Origin: an uncultured Thermoleophilia bacterium
GTDB lineage: Bacteria; Actinomycetota; Thermoleophilia; UBA2241
Length of the DNA stretch: 64,000 bases
Assembly: GCA_963696935.1 (NCBI GenBank)
Contig: CAVOMB010000101.1
Coordinates: 13,020 to 77,019, forward strand
Direction: 5' to 3'
Shown: piece by piece, positions 18,153-35,528 of the stretch
How positions within the stretch are numbered: the first letter of the stretch is position 1
Layout: each line of letters begins with the position of its first letter
Notes under the pieces: model-generated
Databases searched by the model: none
What the model was told of the DNA's origin: nothing
The model's input: the letters and a program-made list of their open reading frames with translations, nothing else
Made by a program: the position numbers and the translations under genes

Positions 18153-19625
18153 TCAGCCGCCTTTGCCCGGCTTGTCGGGCTTGTTCGAACCGCCGCCGTT
18201 CCCGTTCCCGCCGCCGCCCGAGTTGCCGCCGGCGTTGGAGTTGCCGCCGCCCGAGTTGCCGCCGGCGTTGGAGTTGCCGCCGCCCGAGTTGCCGCCGGCG
18301 TTGGAGTTGCCGCCGCCCGAGTTGCCGCCGGCGTTGGAGTTGCCGCCGCCCGAGTTGCCGCCGCCGCCCGAGTTCCCGCCGTTCTTCTGCGCCTTCGCCG
18401 CAGCCTTCTCCGCCTTCGCGGCGGCCCGTGCGGCCGCCTTGTCCGCCTTCGCTGCGGCCCTCGCGTCCGCCGCGGCGCTCTTGTCGCCCTTCAGCTTGTT
18501 GTGCGCGGCCTTCTTCGCGGCGGCGCGGGCCTTTGCCGCCGCACCCTTGGAGGCGCCCGGCGCCTGCGCCGAGTTCCCTGGCCCTGCGGCGGCGCTCTGG
18601 CCGCCGGAGAGCGGCGACTCCCCCGTGCCGGCGTGCGTCTGTGCCGCGTGTGCCGCGTGCGGCGGCTTTCGGTGGTGCAACCCGGGCAGCGCGCCGGTCT
18701 CGTAGGCGGCGGCTGCACCGCCGCCTGTCGCGATCGTCGCGGCTATGACCACGGCTGCGATCTTGGCGGTAGCCACGCCCCCGACCTTCGCCAGCAGGCC
18801 TCCGGCGGCCAGCGACATGCTGCTCGAGACTGCTCCGGCTCCGCCTGCGGCCGCGCCGCCGGCCGTGCCCGCCGCGGCGCCCGAGACCGCCGTGCCGGCG
18901 CCTGAGGCCGCGACCCCAGCCCCTCCGGCGCCCGCGGCTCCGAACGGGAAGCCGCCCTGCAGCGTCGCCGGGAGCGGCACATCGTGCAGGAAGACGCCCA
19001 AGCCGATGCCCGCCGCGCTCCACTTCTCCACGTTGCGCGAACCGGGCTGGCCCTGGGTGAGCTGGAGGTACTTGACGCGAAACGAGTCCCTCGCACGGAA
19101 GAGCAGTGTCTCGGTGGCGTTGCGGGAGATACTCAGGATCTCGGCGATCTCGTCGTGGCGCAGGCCGTGGATGTCTTTGAGCACGAGGACGGTGCGGTGT
19201 CGCTCGGAGAGGGCCGCCAGCGTCTGTTCCACGCATCGGCCCATCTCCGCCTGCTCGAACCCGTCCACACGAACGGCCTGGGAGTCGGCGCCCAGGTCGT
19301 CGATGTCGCGGTGCAACCTGCGCGTGCGCAGGTGGTCGTAGCTGGCGTTAACGGCTACGCGGTAGAGCCAGGGAGTGAGATGGAGGTCCGCGACAGACGA
19401 CTCAGGCAGCTTCCGGAAGGCCTTGATGAAGACCTCCTGGGTGATGTCGCAGGCGTCCTCAGGCGACTGCACGATACGCAGTGTGAGGTTGTAGATCTGC
19501 CCGCGGTAGAGCTCGTAGAGTTGCTCGAACGCCTCACGGCTGCCGGCGCGCAGGCCATTGACCAGCGCGGCGTCGCCGGCTGCCCCTGGACCCACGGCGT
19601 ATCTGTCTGAGACGAGTGTCGCCAT
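18153..19625 (-). CDS. ECF-type sigma-70 factor fused to a C-terminal transmembrane segment and a Lys/Ala- and Gly/Asn/Ser-rich low-complexity domain
   Basis: Sigma region 2 (..DITQEVFIKAFRKL..) and region 4 (..LSERHRTVLVLKDIHGLRHDEIAEILSISRNATETLLFRARD..) occupy the first ~190 aa. Then comes a Gly/Ala linker, TM ..AKIAAVVIAATIATGG.., a KAAA-rich segment and (NAGGNSGGGNS)n repeats. Confidence 0.8.
   Translation of the reverse strand: MATLVSDRYAVGPGAAGDAALVNGLRAGSREAFEQLYELYRGQIYNLTLRIVQSPEDACDITQEVFIKAFRKLPESSVADLHLTPWLYRVAVNASYDHLRTRRLHRDIDDLGADSQAVRVDGFEQAEMGRCVEQTLAALSERHRTVLVLKDIHGLRHDEIAEILSISRNATETLLFRARDSFRVKYLQLTQGQPGSRNVEKWSAAGIGLGVFLHDVPLPATLQGGFPFGAAGAGGAGVAASGAGTAVSGAAAGTAGGAAAGGAGAVSSSMSLAAGGLLAKVGGVATAKIAAVVIAATIATGGGAAAAYETGALPGLHHRKPPHAAHAAQTHAGTGESPLSGGQSAAAGPGNSAQAPGASKGAAAKARAAAKKAAHNKLKGDKSAAADARAAAKADKAAARAAAKAEKAAAKAQKNGGNSGGGGNSGGGNSNAGGNSGGGNSNAGGNSGGGNSNAGGNSGGGNSNAGGNSGGGGNGNGGGSNKPDKPGKGG
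18220..18351 (-). repeat. 33-bp tandem repeat (4 perfect copies) encoding GGNSNAGGNSG repeats inside the ECF sigma C-terminal domain
   Basis: +strand unit CGAGTTGCCGCCGGCGTTGGAGTTGCCGCCGCC repeated at 18220, 18253, 18286 and 18319. Degenerate copies flank it. Confidence 0.85.
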
Positions 19626-19761
19626 GCGCCGATTGTATCGGCATTGATGAAGATTGCTTCAGTTAAGGCGTAGCGGGAACCACAGCGTCCTCACACGGCC
19701 GCTTGCGGGAGCGCGCCGCGGCTTGCGGCATGCGGGCGCTGGTTGTAGCTTGGGTCACGAC

Positions 19762-20547
19762 ATGCACACAAGCCCGGACAATCAGCGCCGGCGGGAGATC
19801 ACCCGCAAGCGCACCCAGATTGCCCGCCGGCGTGTGGTCGCGCTGGTCGTCGTCGTGACCCTCATCTCTGTAGCCGTGTGGGTCGCGTACGCCATCCCCG
19901 GCCAGACGCCGGCGCAGGTGCCCGCCGCCGCGGCGGAGCCCACCTTGGGCGCCGGCGTGACCAGCGACCAGGACGTCGTCGTGGCCCACGTCGAGGACGT
20001 CGACGTGCTTCTCCCCGTGGCGCAACAGGTGACCACCGCGGTCGCCTTCCACCCCGTCGACAACACCGACGCCGTCGCGTTCACTCCCATCGGCGACCGC
20101 GTCAGCGGTGGCGGCCTCGGCCAGAAGCTGGCCGACATCTTCGCCGGCGGCGGGAGCGTCCAGTACTGCCTGATGGGCGGCGAGGGCGGTGAGCAGTCGC
20201 CGTCGTCGGCCGGGCTCGACGTCGGTGCCGTCCCCGGGTCTCCGGTACTCTCGCCGGTCGACGGCAAGGTCACGGCCGTCAAGGCATACAAGATCCTCGG
20301 GCGGTACGGCGACTTCGAGATCGACATCCGGCTCGCCGACGACCCATCACTTCTCATGATCATCACCCACATCGCCAAGCCCAAGGTGCAGATCGGCGAC
20401 GTTGTGCAGCGCGGCGTGACGACGCTGGGCGAGGTGCGTGGCTTCCCGCCTACCCTCGGCCAGTCGCTGAGCCAGTACACCTCGGACAACGGCGACCACG
20501 TGCAGCTCGTCGTGCTGCGCGTGTCGACGCAGCTCACCGGCCCGTGA
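19762..20547 (+). CDS. Membrane-anchored hypothetical protein (single N-terminal TM; C-terminal beta-rich domain with faint M23/LytM-like resemblance)
   Basis: MHTSPDNQRRREITRKRTQIARRRVVALVVVVTLISVAVWVAY.. then ..ITHIAKPKVQIGDVVQRGVTTLGEV...GDHVQLVV... No intact HxH catalytic motif. It is divergent from the ECF sigma gene. Confidence 0.45.
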   Translation: MHTSPDNQRRREITRKRTQIARRRVVALVVVVTLISVAVWVAYAIPGQTPAQVPAAAAEPTLGAGVTSDQDVVVAHVEDVDVLLPVAQQVTTAVAFHPVDNTDAVAFTPIGDRVSGGGLGQKLADIFAGGGSVQYCLMGGEGGEQSPSSAGLDVGAVPGSPVLSPVDGKVTAVKAYKILGRYGDFEIDIRLADDPSLLMIITHIAKPKVQIGDVVQRGVTTLGEVRGFPPTLGQSLSQYTSDNGDHVQLVVLRVSTQLTGP

Positions 20548-21371
20548 CCGCCCTCACCGACGTCCCCGCCGCTGCTCGCGCCGTCATCGGCGGTTCGGGG
20601 TCCTTCGCCTCCGACTTCCCCGGGAGCCTGCATCCCGGGGTGCAGGTGCTCGAGACCGAGTTGGTGTTCGAGACGCCGTGGGGAGACAGCCCGCCGTTCA
20701 CGCTCTTCGAGCTCGGCGGGCAGCGCGTCCTGCACTGCAGGATGCACGGCTGGCGCAAGGGTGTCTCCCGCGGCCGCGCCTCGCGCCAGGTCTTCAGTGT
20801 GCTCCACCGCGCCGGCGTCAGGAGGATCATCTCGGACGCCGGCGTCGGCAGCCTCAACCACCTGCTCGACCCCGGCGATCTCGTCGTGGTCGACGACTTC
20901 GTGGACATGACCACCGACCGCGACCGCTACGGCGTCGTGGCCGGCGACCACCTGCTCATCATGCGCGACGCGGTGTGCGCGACCGGGCGGGAGGCCCTCG
21001 TCTCGGCCGCGCGCCGCCAGGCGCCAGACCGGCGCGTGTTCACGCGCGGCACTTACGTGGTCACCGAGGGCCCGCGCTTCGAGTCGCCCGCCGAGGTCCG
21101 GTTTCTGCAGTCGCTCGGCGACGTGGTGGGTCAGAGCTTCTGCCCCGAGGTATGGCTCGCCCGCGACATCGGCGCCTGCTATGCGGGCGTGTACCTCATC
21201 GTCAACTACGGCGAGGGCGTGGTGCACGAGTGGGAGCATGAGGTGCTCGCGCAGATCTTCCACGAGGACGCCGGTCTCATGGGCCGCATCCTGCTGGACG
21301 CTCTTGCGGCCCTCCCGCCGGACGACGACTGCCTCTGCCGGGAGCTCCGCAAGCCCACCCTGCTCACCTGA
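20544..21371 (+). CDS. mtnP: S-methyl-5'-thioadenosine phosphorylase (PNP/MTAP family)
   Basis: ..VIGGSGSF.. N-terminal motif, ..VTEGPRFESPAEVRFLQSLGDVVGQSFCPEVWLARDIGACYAGVYLIVNY.. The start overlaps the upstream stop (GTGA). Confidence 0.75.
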   Translation: MTALTDVPAAARAVIGGSGSFASDFPGSLHPGVQVLETELVFETPWGDSPPFTLFELGGQRVLHCRMHGWRKGVSRGRASRQVFSVLHRAGVRRIISDAGVGSLNHLLDPGDLVVVDDFVDMTTDRDRYGVVAGDHLLIMRDAVCATGREALVSAARRQAPDRRVFTRGTYVVTEGPRFESPAEVRFLQSLGDVVGQSFCPEVWLARDIGACYAGVYLIVNYGEGVVHEWEHEVLAQIFHEDAGLMGRILLDALAALPPDDDCLCRELRKPTLLT

Positions 21372-21431
21372 CGCCAGTCGCGGCGGGGTCCCGCTCCCGG
21401 CCGCGCTTCCTCTCGTCCCCCCGCACCGCCC

Positions 21432-22421
21432 TCAGGACGTCAGCGCCCACGCGAGCACGGCGATTGCGTTGAAGAGCGCGTGCATCGTGATGTTGGTCCA
21501 CAGGGACCCGGTGCGGTGATACGCCCAGGCGAGGATGAACCCCAGCGCTGCCAGCGGCAGGAACACATCCAGCTGCAGGTGGGCTCCGCCGAAGACCGCC
21601 GCCGAGATCAGGGCTCCCCAGACCCATCCGAGCGAGTTGGAGAGCCCGCGGAAGAGGAACCCGCGGAAGACGCTCTCCTCGAAGACCGGCGCCATGACGA
21701 CGGCGACCAGGACGAACATGACCGCGCCCACGGCGCTGTGCGGGAACTCGCTGACGATGGCCTGCTCATGAGGGTGCACGAGGGCGTCGTGGGCGACGCT
21801 GAACGCGTACACGGCGGCCAGGCCGGCCGGAACGACCCAGAAGTAGGCGCTGGTCGGGCGCCGGAACCCCCACAGCACGAGCGTCCGGCCGGCGTTGCGC
21901 AGCGAGAAGAGCCAGGCGGCGAACACCTGCCAGCCGTATAGCACCAGCGAGAAAAGGGCGAGCATGATCGCACTGGCGGCAGTGACCTTGTCCGTGCTCG
22001 TGGACGTGCCGCCGGAGAACAGCGACGCCAGCTCCAGCAACGCCTGCGGCGCCGCGCCGGCGACGAGTCCGGCCACCGCGGCCGGCCAGCGCCAGTCCGC
22101 CTTGGGGAGATAGAACGGGTCGCCCGGAGACGCCGCCTTCGACGGCCGCGCGTCGGCCTCTGACCGCGCCCCGGCCTCCGGCTGCCCACCGGCCTCTGGG
22201 AGGCCGAGTCCCGGCACCTCCGGCGGCGGGACCTGCCGCCGGCCATCCTTCGGCCGCTCGGGCGGCGGCGCTCCCTTGTTTGTATCGTCCTGTGCGTCGA
22301 TGGCTTGGGTCCTTCGGTTCGTTCTCAGCCTACCGGGAAGCATGTAGGAATGGCATTCCCGGGAGGTCGCTCGAGCCACGCGAGTGGCGTGGCGCGCCGC
22401 GACGCACGTGGCCGGCGGCAC
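21432..22421 (-). CDS. CPBP family intramembrane glutamic endopeptidase (CAAX protease / Abi domain)
   Basis: Polytopic. Motifs ..EESVFRGFLF.., ..FGGAHL.. and ..HALFN.. The N-terminal ~90 aa are Pro/Gly-rich and the start is uncertain. Confidence 0.8.
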   Translation of the reverse strand: MPPATCVAARHATRVARATSRECHSYMLPGRLRTNRRTQAIDAQDDTNKGAPPPERPKDGRRQVPPPEVPGLGLPEAGGQPEAGARSEADARPSKAASPGDPFYLPKADWRWPAAVAGLVAGAAPQALLELASLFSGGTSTSTDKVTAASAIMLALFSLVLYGWQVFAAWLFSLRNAGRTLVLWGFRRPTSAYFWVVPAGLAAVYAFSVAHDALVHPHEQAIVSEFPHSAVGAVMFVLVAVVMAPVFEESVFRGFLFRGLSNSLGWVWGALISAAVFGGAHLQLDVFLPLAALGFILAWAYHRTGSLWTNITMHALFNAIAVLAWALTS

Positions 22422-22427
22422 CCCGTT

Positions 22428-22456
22428 TTGCCCGGGTCCCTCCGGCCTGCTATACT
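22428..22456 (+). promoter_or_regulatory. Predicted sigma-A promoter for rpmG: -35 TTGCCC, 17-nt spacer, -10 TATACT (then GCG)
   Basis: TTGCCC at 22428-22433 and TATACT at 22451-22456. The same architecture recurs upstream of rplJ and tuf. Confidence 0.45.
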
Positions 22457-22573
22457 GCGCCGCCGTGGCCGCGCCCGGCCTGGCTCCAGCGTGGGGTCGC
22501 GGCAGGGAGCTGCGTTGACCCTCCGGCGGAGCGCTTGGTATCCTTACGTGCTTCTGGTTGAAAGGAAGACGAC

Positions 22574-22723
22574 GTGCGTCAACTCGTCACGCTCGCTTGC
22601 CAGGAATGCAAGCGTCGCAACTATCACACCAACAAGAACAAGAAGAACGACCCTGACCGCATCGAGCTCAAGAAGTATTGTCGTTGGTGCGGAACGCACA
22701 CCGTGCATAAGGAGACGCGCTAG
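22574..22723 (+). CDS. rpmG: 50S ribosomal protein L33 (zinc-binding C4 form)
   Basis: GTG start with [60 protein letters not shown]. Not in the ORF track (49 aa). Confidence 0.85.
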   Translation: MRQLVTLACQECKRRNYHTNKNKKNDPDRIELKKYCRWCGTHTVHKETR

Positions 22724-22747
22724 CAGCGTCCCCTTCGTTTCTTGCGT

Positions 22748-22823
22748 AGGGCTGTAGCTCAATTGGTAGAGCACCGGTCTCCAAAACCGGGGGTCGGGGG
22801 TTCGAGTCCCTCCAGCCCTGCCA
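22748..22823 (+). tRNA. trnW: tRNA-Trp (anticodon CCA)
   Basis: 7-bp acceptor stem AGGGCTG/CAGCCCT, D-arm AGCTCAATTGGTAGAGC, anticodon loop CTCCAAA, T-arm GGGGGTTCGAGTCCCTC, encoded CCA. Canonical rpmG-trnW-secE position. Confidence 0.9.
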
Positions 22824-22843
22824 GACCTCATCGGAGCGGTTGA

Positions 22844-23200
22844 GTGGCGAAGACTGCGAACAACAAGAAGGGCGATTCGGCCAAGGCGAAGCTGTCGGGC
22901 AAGTCGGCCCAGTCCAAGAAGGCCGTGGCGAAGCGCGCCGACGCCAAGCCTGCGCGTACCCGCTCGGCGCAGAAGCCCCAGCAGAAGTCCAAGGGTCGCA
23001 CGGGCGAGAAGCGGGGCTTCATGAAATTCATCCACGACGTGCGTGTGGAGATGGGCAAGGTCACCTGGCCGACACGCAAGGACCTCGCCCAGTCCACCCT
23101 GGTCGTGCTCGTAGCCGTGGCCATCGCGACCGTTTATACGGGCGTCCTCGACTTCGTGTTCGACAGGGCGCTGACATTCGTCGTAAACCTCCTCACCTGA
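22844..23200 (+). CDS. secE: Preprotein translocase subunit SecE
   Basis: Lys-rich N-terminal tail and a conserved C-terminal TM ..WPTRKDLAQSTLVVLVAVAIATVYTGVLDF.. GTG start. Confidence 0.85.
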   Translation: MAKTANNKKGDSAKAKLSGKSAQSKKAVAKRADAKPARTRSAQKPQQKSKGRTGEKRGFMKFIHDVRVEMGKVTWPTRKDLAQSTLVVLVAVAIATVYTGVLDFVFDRALTFVVNLLT

Positions 23201-23210
23201 ACGGGCCCTC

Positions 23211-23735
23211 ATGTACAGCTGGTACGTCGTCAACACATATTCGGGTCACGAGAACAAGGTGAAGGCCAACCTGGAGCATCGCCGTTCGTCGATGCACCAG
23301 GAAGAGCGCATCCACCAGATCGTGGTGCCGACCGAGTCGGTCGTCGAGACCAAGGACGGCGAGAAGGTCACCACCGAGCGTCGCGTGTTCCCGGGCTACG
23401 TGCTCGTCCAGATGGAGCTCACCGACGACACGTGGTCGCTGGTCAAGAACACCCCCGGAGTCACCGGGTTCGTCGGCGCGCAGAACAAGCCGGTCGCACT
23501 CTCCCGCGCGGAGGTCGACCGCATCATGCACACCGCCTCGGTCGAGCGTCCCAAGCAGAAGGCCGAGTTCACGGTGGGCGAGGACGTGCGCGTCACGTCC
23601 GGCCCGCTGAGCGATTTCTCCGGCGAGGTCGTCGAGGTCAACCTCGATCAGAGCCGGCTCAAGGTCATGGTGTCGATCTTCGGCCGCGAGACGCCGGTCG
23701 AGCTCGCCTTCGACCAGGTCAAAAAGACGTCCTAA
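23211..23735 (+). CDS. nusG: Transcription termination/antitermination factor NusG
   Basis: MYSWYVVNTYSGHENKVK.. NGN domain; C-terminal KOW ..FTVGEDVRVTSGPLSDFSGEVVEV.. Confidence 0.95.
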   Translation: MYSWYVVNTYSGHENKVKANLEHRRSSMHQEERIHQIVVPTESVVETKDGEKVTTERRVFPGYVLVQMELTDDTWSLVKNTPGVTGFVGAQNKPVALSRAEVDRIMHTASVERPKQKAEFTVGEDVRVTSGPLSDFSGEVVEVNLDQSRLKVMVSIFGRETPVELAFDQVKKTS

Positions 23736-23758
23736 CCAGGAAGTAAGCGAGGCAACCA

Positions 23759-24184
23759 GTGGCCAAGAAGGTCCTCACCAAGATCAAGCTGCAGATTCCC
23801 GCCGGTCAGGCGAGCCCTGCTCCGCCTGTGGGCCCGGCCCTCGGCCAGCACGGCGTCAACATCATGGAGTTCTGCAAGTCGTTCAACGCCCAGACGCAGG
23901 CGTCGGGCAGCACCATCGTGCCGGTGGAGATCACCGTGTACGAGGACCGCTCGTTCACCTTCATCACCAAGACGCCGCCGGCCGCAGTGCTCCTGCGCGA
24001 GGCCCTCGGCATCGACAAGGGCTCGGGCGAGCCCAACCGCGACAAGGTCGGCAAGGTCACGCGCGAGCAGGTCCGCGCCATCGCCGAGACCAAGATGCCC
24101 GACCTCAACGCCAACGACGTCGATGCCGCGATGAAGATCATCGAGGGCACCGCCCGTAGCATGGGCGTCGAGGTCGCCGAGTAG
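23759..24184 (+). CDS. rplK: 50S ribosomal protein L11
   Basis: ..[34 protein letters not shown].. Confidence 0.95.
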   Translation: MAKKVLTKIKLQIPAGQASPAPPVGPALGQHGVNIMEFCKSFNAQTQASGSTIVPVEITVYEDRSFTFITKTPPAAVLLREALGIDKGSGEPNRDKVGKVTREQVRAIAETKMPDLNANDVDAAMKIIEGTARSMGVEVAE

Positions 24185-24309
24185 CAGATCGTCGCGACCG
24201 CCGCAGGCGGCGCGACAGTTAGATCGTTAGATCGACATTGGCCGGCCTCACCGCCGGCCGCCGAAGTGGGAGGCGACCAGGTCGCCGCTTGCACCACAGG
24301 AGGTAGCAC

Positions 24310-25017
24310 ATGGCCAAGAAGGGCCGCACCTACACCGCCGCCAGGCGCACCATCGAACCCGATCGCCTCTACACCCCGCTCGAGGGTATGCGCCTGCTCA
24401 AGTCGCTCGAGGGCGCGAAGTTCGATGAGACCGTCGAAGCTCACTTCCGCCTCGGCGTCGACGTGCGTCACGCTGACCAAATCGTGCGCGGCACCACCGT
24501 GCTCCCGCACGGCACCGGCAAGGAGATGCGCGTCGCCGTGTTCGCCGAGGGCGACAAGGCGCGCGAGGCCGAGGAGGCCGGCGCCGACATCATCGGCACG
24601 GACGACCTCGCCAAGCAGATCCAGGAGGGCGTCTTCGACTTCGACATCGCCATCGCGACGCCGGACATGATGGGCACGGTCGGCAAGCTCGGCCGCATCC
24701 TCGGTCCGCGTGGCCTCATGCCGAACCCCAAGTCCGGCACCGTCACGTTCGACGTGGGCAAGGCCGTCGCCGACGCCAAGGGCGGCAAGGTCGAGTACCG
24801 TACCGACCGCTCCGGCATCATCCACCTCAGCATCGGCAAGAAGTCGTTCACCGAGGAGATGCTGGTGGAGAACTACGGCGCCGTACTCGACGAGATCGTC
24901 CGCGCCAAGCCGGCGGCCGCCAAGGGCAAGTACATCAAGAGCATCACCATCGCCGCGACGATGAGCCCGGGCATCGAGCTCGATCCGGCGCGCCTGAGGG
25001 ATCTGTTCGAAGGCTGA
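24310..25017 (+). CDS. rplA: 50S ribosomal protein L1
   Basis: 235 aa, canonical L1 sequence. Confidence 0.95.
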   Translation: MAKKGRTYTAARRTIEPDRLYTPLEGMRLLKSLEGAKFDETVEAHFRLGVDVRHADQIVRGTTVLPHGTGKEMRVAVFAEGDKAREAEEAGADIIGTDDLAKQIQEGVFDFDIAIATPDMMGTVGKLGRILGPRGLMPNPKSGTVTFDVGKAVADAKGGKVEYRTDRSGIIHLSIGKKSFTEEMLVENYGAVLDEIVRAKPAAAKGKYIKSITIAATMSPGIELDPARLRDLFEG

Positions 25018-25046
25018 GTAGTCGGGGGCGCCGGCGGCCGCGGCAG

Positions 25047-25075
25047 TTGCCGGCGCCCCCTCGGTGATCTATACT
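25047..25075 (+). promoter_or_regulatory. Predicted promoter of the rplJL-rpoBC unit: -35 TTGCCG, 17-nt spacer, -10 TATACT (then GCC)
   Basis: TTGCCG at 25047-25052 and TATACT at 25070-25075. The -35 overlaps the 3' arm of a 12-bp GC hairpin (25024-25060) that follows rplA. Confidence 0.45.
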
Positions 25076-25194
25076 GCCGCCTCGCGGCGCTTCGTGCGCT
25101 GCGGCCGATGACGGTCGGTGCTCCTCCGGGAGCTCAATGGATCCAGACGGGTCCGCCACCCGAGGCGAGAACGAGCCAAGGCTGTGAGCCTGTG

Positions 25195-25224
25195 CCCGCT
25201 TCCGCTTCGGGAGCGGGTTTTTTG
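25195..25224 (+). terminator. L10-leader attenuator: hairpin CCCGCTTCCG-CTTC-GGGAGCGGG followed by TTTTTT, 20 nt upstream of rplJ
   Basis: Stem 25195-25217 and T-run 25218-25223, inside the 226-nt rplA-rplJ leader. This is the classical position of the L10(L12)4-regulated attenuator. Confidence 0.5.
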
Positions 25225-25243
25225 TTGCGACTGCGAGGTCGAG

Positions 25244-25774
25244 ATGCTGAGAAACGAGAAAGACGCTGTGATCGCCGAGGTGGAGCAGCTGCTCGCGAAC
25301 ACGGAGAACCTGTTCGTGAGCGACTACCGCGGCCTCACGGTGGCGGAGCTCGCGGAGCTTCGCGGCAAGCTGCGCGAGAGCGGAGCGCGGTTCAAGATCG
25401 TCAAGAACACCCTGGGCGGCATCGCCGCCGACAAGTCCGGCCGCGAGGCGGTCAAGGACTTCCTCTCCGGCCCCACCGGGGTCACCTTCTGCGGTGACGA
25501 CCCCGTCGGCGCCGCCAAGGCTCTGTCGGACTTCGCCAAGACGCACCCGCAGCTCGCGGTGCGTGGAGGCCTGCTCGACGCGAGCGTCATCGACGCCGAC
25601 GGCGTCAAGGTGCTGGCCAGCCTTCCTCCGCGCGACGTGCTCATCGCGCAGGTGGTGGGCACCATGGCCGCTCCGATGACGGGTCTCGTCACCGTCCTGC
25701 AGGGCACGATCAGCGGGTTCGTCCGTGCCCTCGATCAGGTGGCGCAGCAGCGCGCCGCCGCCGGCGAGGCGTGA
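25244..25774 (+). CDS. rplJ: 50S ribosomal protein L10
   Basis: MLRNEKDAVIAEVEQLLANTENLFVSDYRGLTVAELAELR.. The track ORF starts upstream at 25118, but the ATG at 25244 gives the conserved N-terminus. Confidence 0.9.
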   Translation: MLRNEKDAVIAEVEQLLANTENLFVSDYRGLTVAELAELRGKLRESGARFKIVKNTLGGIAADKSGREAVKDFLSGPTGVTFCGDDPVGAAKALSDFAKTHPQLAVRGGLLDASVIDADGVKVLASLPPRDVLIAQVVGTMAAPMTGLVTVLQGTISGFVRALDQVAQQRAAAGEA

Positions 25775-25835
25775 GCCGCAGCCGCACCATCCTGTCCAGT
25801 AAGGCGTTCCAGCCCCACGTAGAGGTGAAGTGACA

Positions 25836-26228
25836 ATGGCAGACAAAGCTCTCACCAAAGACCAGCTCATCGAGGCCATCAAGGGCATGACCGTGCTCGA
25901 GCTCAGCGAGATGGTCAAGGCGCTCGAGGAGGAGTTCGGCGTCAGCGCCGCGGCCCCCGTGGCTATGGCCGCGGCTCCCGCCGCCGGCGGTGAGGCCGCC
26001 GCTCCGGCCGAGGAGCAGACCCAGTTCGACGTCGTCCTCGCCGCCTTCGGCGACCAGAAGATCCAGGTCATCAAGGTCGTCCGCGCGCTGACCGGCCTCG
26101 GTCTCAAGGAGGCTAAGGACGTCGTCGAGGGCGCGCCGAAGTCGATCAAGGAAGGCGTGACCAAGGACGAGGCCGAAGAGGCCAAGAAGCAGCTCGAGGA
26201 GGCCGGCGCTACTGTCGAGATCAAGTAG
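25836..26228 (+). CDS. rplL: 50S ribosomal protein L7/L12
   Basis: [36 protein letters not shown].. The RBS GAGGTG sits 8 nt upstream of the ATG at 25836. A GTG at 25830 is an alternative start. Confidence 0.9.
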   Translation: MADKALTKDQLIEAIKGMTVLELSEMVKALEEEFGVSAAAPVAMAAAPAAGGEAAAPAEEQTQFDVVLAAFGDQKIQVIKVVRALTGLGLKEAKDVVEGAPKSIKEGVTKDEAEEAKKQLEEAGATVEIK

Positions 26229-26254
26229 CACCGCTTCTTCGTCGTGAAGACCCG

Positions 26255-26288
26255 GAGGGCCGGGGCGTCGTCAGGCGCTCCGGCCCTC
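26255..26288 (+). promoter_or_regulatory. Stem-loop in the rplL-rpoB intergenic region (possible partial attenuator)
   Basis: 9-bp GC stem GAGGGCCGG..CCGGCCCTC with no U-tract. An rplL-rpoB attenuator is known in other bacteria. Confidence 0.3.
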
Positions 26289-26436
26289 GTTCCCGGCCCT
26301 GCGCACCACCCTCCCTTGCATCGCGCACGGCGTTGTGATATGTTACGTGGCCGTGCGTCACCTGCGGCCATACCTCGAAGTCCTCTGGTGTGGTGTGCTC
26401 TTTTTCCCAATCACCGCGTAGACAGAGGAGACTCGC

Positions 26437-30192
<3,756 letters not shown>

Positions 30193-30217
30193 CCCCGCCT
30201 AGGCAGAGGGAGCAATA

Positions 30218-34483
<4,266 letters not shown>

Positions 34484-34506
34484 GCGAGGCTCGAACGTGA
34501 CAGATC

Positions 34507-34553
34507 GGGGCTGCGGCCGCCGGCGCCGTGCTTGTGGCTGCAGCCCCGTTTCG
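34507..34553 (+). terminator. Intrinsic terminator-like hairpin after rpoC (GGGGCTGC...GCAGCCCC then GTTTCG)
   Basis: Stem 34507-34547 followed by a short T-rich tail. A TTGTGG-N17-TAGACT promoter-like element (34532-34560) for rpsL overlaps the 3' arm. Confidence 0.45.
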
Positions 34554-34608
34554 CTAGACTACATGGCCGTTGTCCTCAGCGGCAGACAGTAGATACCAGA
34601 GAGGTCAG

Positions 34609-34980
34609 ATGACAACCATCAGCCAGCTCGTCCGTAAAGGGCGTGAGAGCAAGACCAAGCGTTCGAAGACTCCGGCGCTCAAGGGGTCACCCCAGAAGCG
34701 CGGCGTTTGCACGCGCGTCTACACCGTGACGCCCAAAAAGCCGAACTCCGCTCTGCGCAAGGTCGCCCGCGTGCGGCTGGTCAACGGCATGGAGGTCACG
34801 ACCTACATCCCCGGCATCGGCCACAACCTGCAGGAGCACTCCGTAGTGCTCGTGCGCGGCGGTCGTGTCAAGGACCTGCCGGGCGTCCGCTACAAGGTCA
34901 TCCGGGGTTCACTCGACGCCTCGGGCGTGGCCGACCGCAAGAAGGCGCGGTCGCGCTACGGTTCCAAGGCGAAGGGGTGA
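34609..34980 (+). CDS. rpsL: 30S ribosomal protein S12
   Basis: [39 protein letters not shown].. ATG at 34609 follows a GAGAGG RBS. The track ORF begins upstream at 34570. Confidence 0.95.
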   Translation: MTTISQLVRKGRESKTKRSKTPALKGSPQKRGVCTRVYTVTPKKPNSALRKVARVRLVNGMEVTTYIPGIGHNLQEHSVVLVRGGRVKDLPGVRYKVIRGSLDASGVADRKKARSRYGSKAKG

Positions 34981-34988
34981 GATAGAGC

Positions 34989-35459
34989 ATGCCGCGCAGA
35001 GGCACCATCACGCGCCGGGAAGTCCTCCCGGACCCCGTGTACAACAGCAAGCTCGTCACGCAGGTCATCAACAAGGTCCTGCTTGACGGCAAGAAGAGCA
35101 CGGCCGAACAGATCGTCCACGGCGCGCTCGAGATCGTCCGCGAGAAGACCGGCCGCGACCCGGTCGAGGTGATGCAGGACGCCATCCAGGCGCTCACGCC
35201 GCACCTCGAGGTCCGCAGCCGGCGCGTCGGCGGCGCCACGTATCAGGTGCCCGTCGAGGTGCCCGGCCGTCGCGCTCGCACGCTCGCCATCCGCTGGCTG
35301 GTCGCCTTCTCGCGCGATCGCCGCGAGAAGGTCATGGCCGAGCGCCTGGCCGCCGAGATGCTCGATGCACTGGCCGGTCAGGGCGGCGCGTTCAAGAAGA
35401 AGGACGACATCTTCCGCATGGCGCAGGCCAACAAAGCATTCGCGCACTATCGCTGGTAA
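34989..35459 (+). CDS. rpsG: 30S ribosomal protein S7
   Basis: 156 aa, canonical S7. Confidence 0.95.
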   Translation: MPRRGTITRREVLPDPVYNSKLVTQVINKVLLDGKKSTAEQIVHGALEIVREKTGRDPVEVMQDAIQALTPHLEVRSRRVGGATYQVPVEVPGRRARTLAIRWLVAFSRDRREKVMAERLAAEMLDALAGQGGAFKKKDDIFRMAQANKAFAHYRW

Positions 35460-35528
35460 TCCGCCGAGAGCCCCTCACTGGCTTTCGTCGGTGAGGGGCT
35501 TTCGCATGGAAGGAACACGACACACCAC

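Noticed and set aside
20544-21371. MTA phosphorylase as the missing futalosine-pathway nucleosidase (MqnB substitute) linked to the radical SAM gene at 1-1059
   Set aside because: The genes are 19 kb apart and on different transcription units. MTAP is a common housekeeping enzyme. There is no sequence-based evidence for the link.
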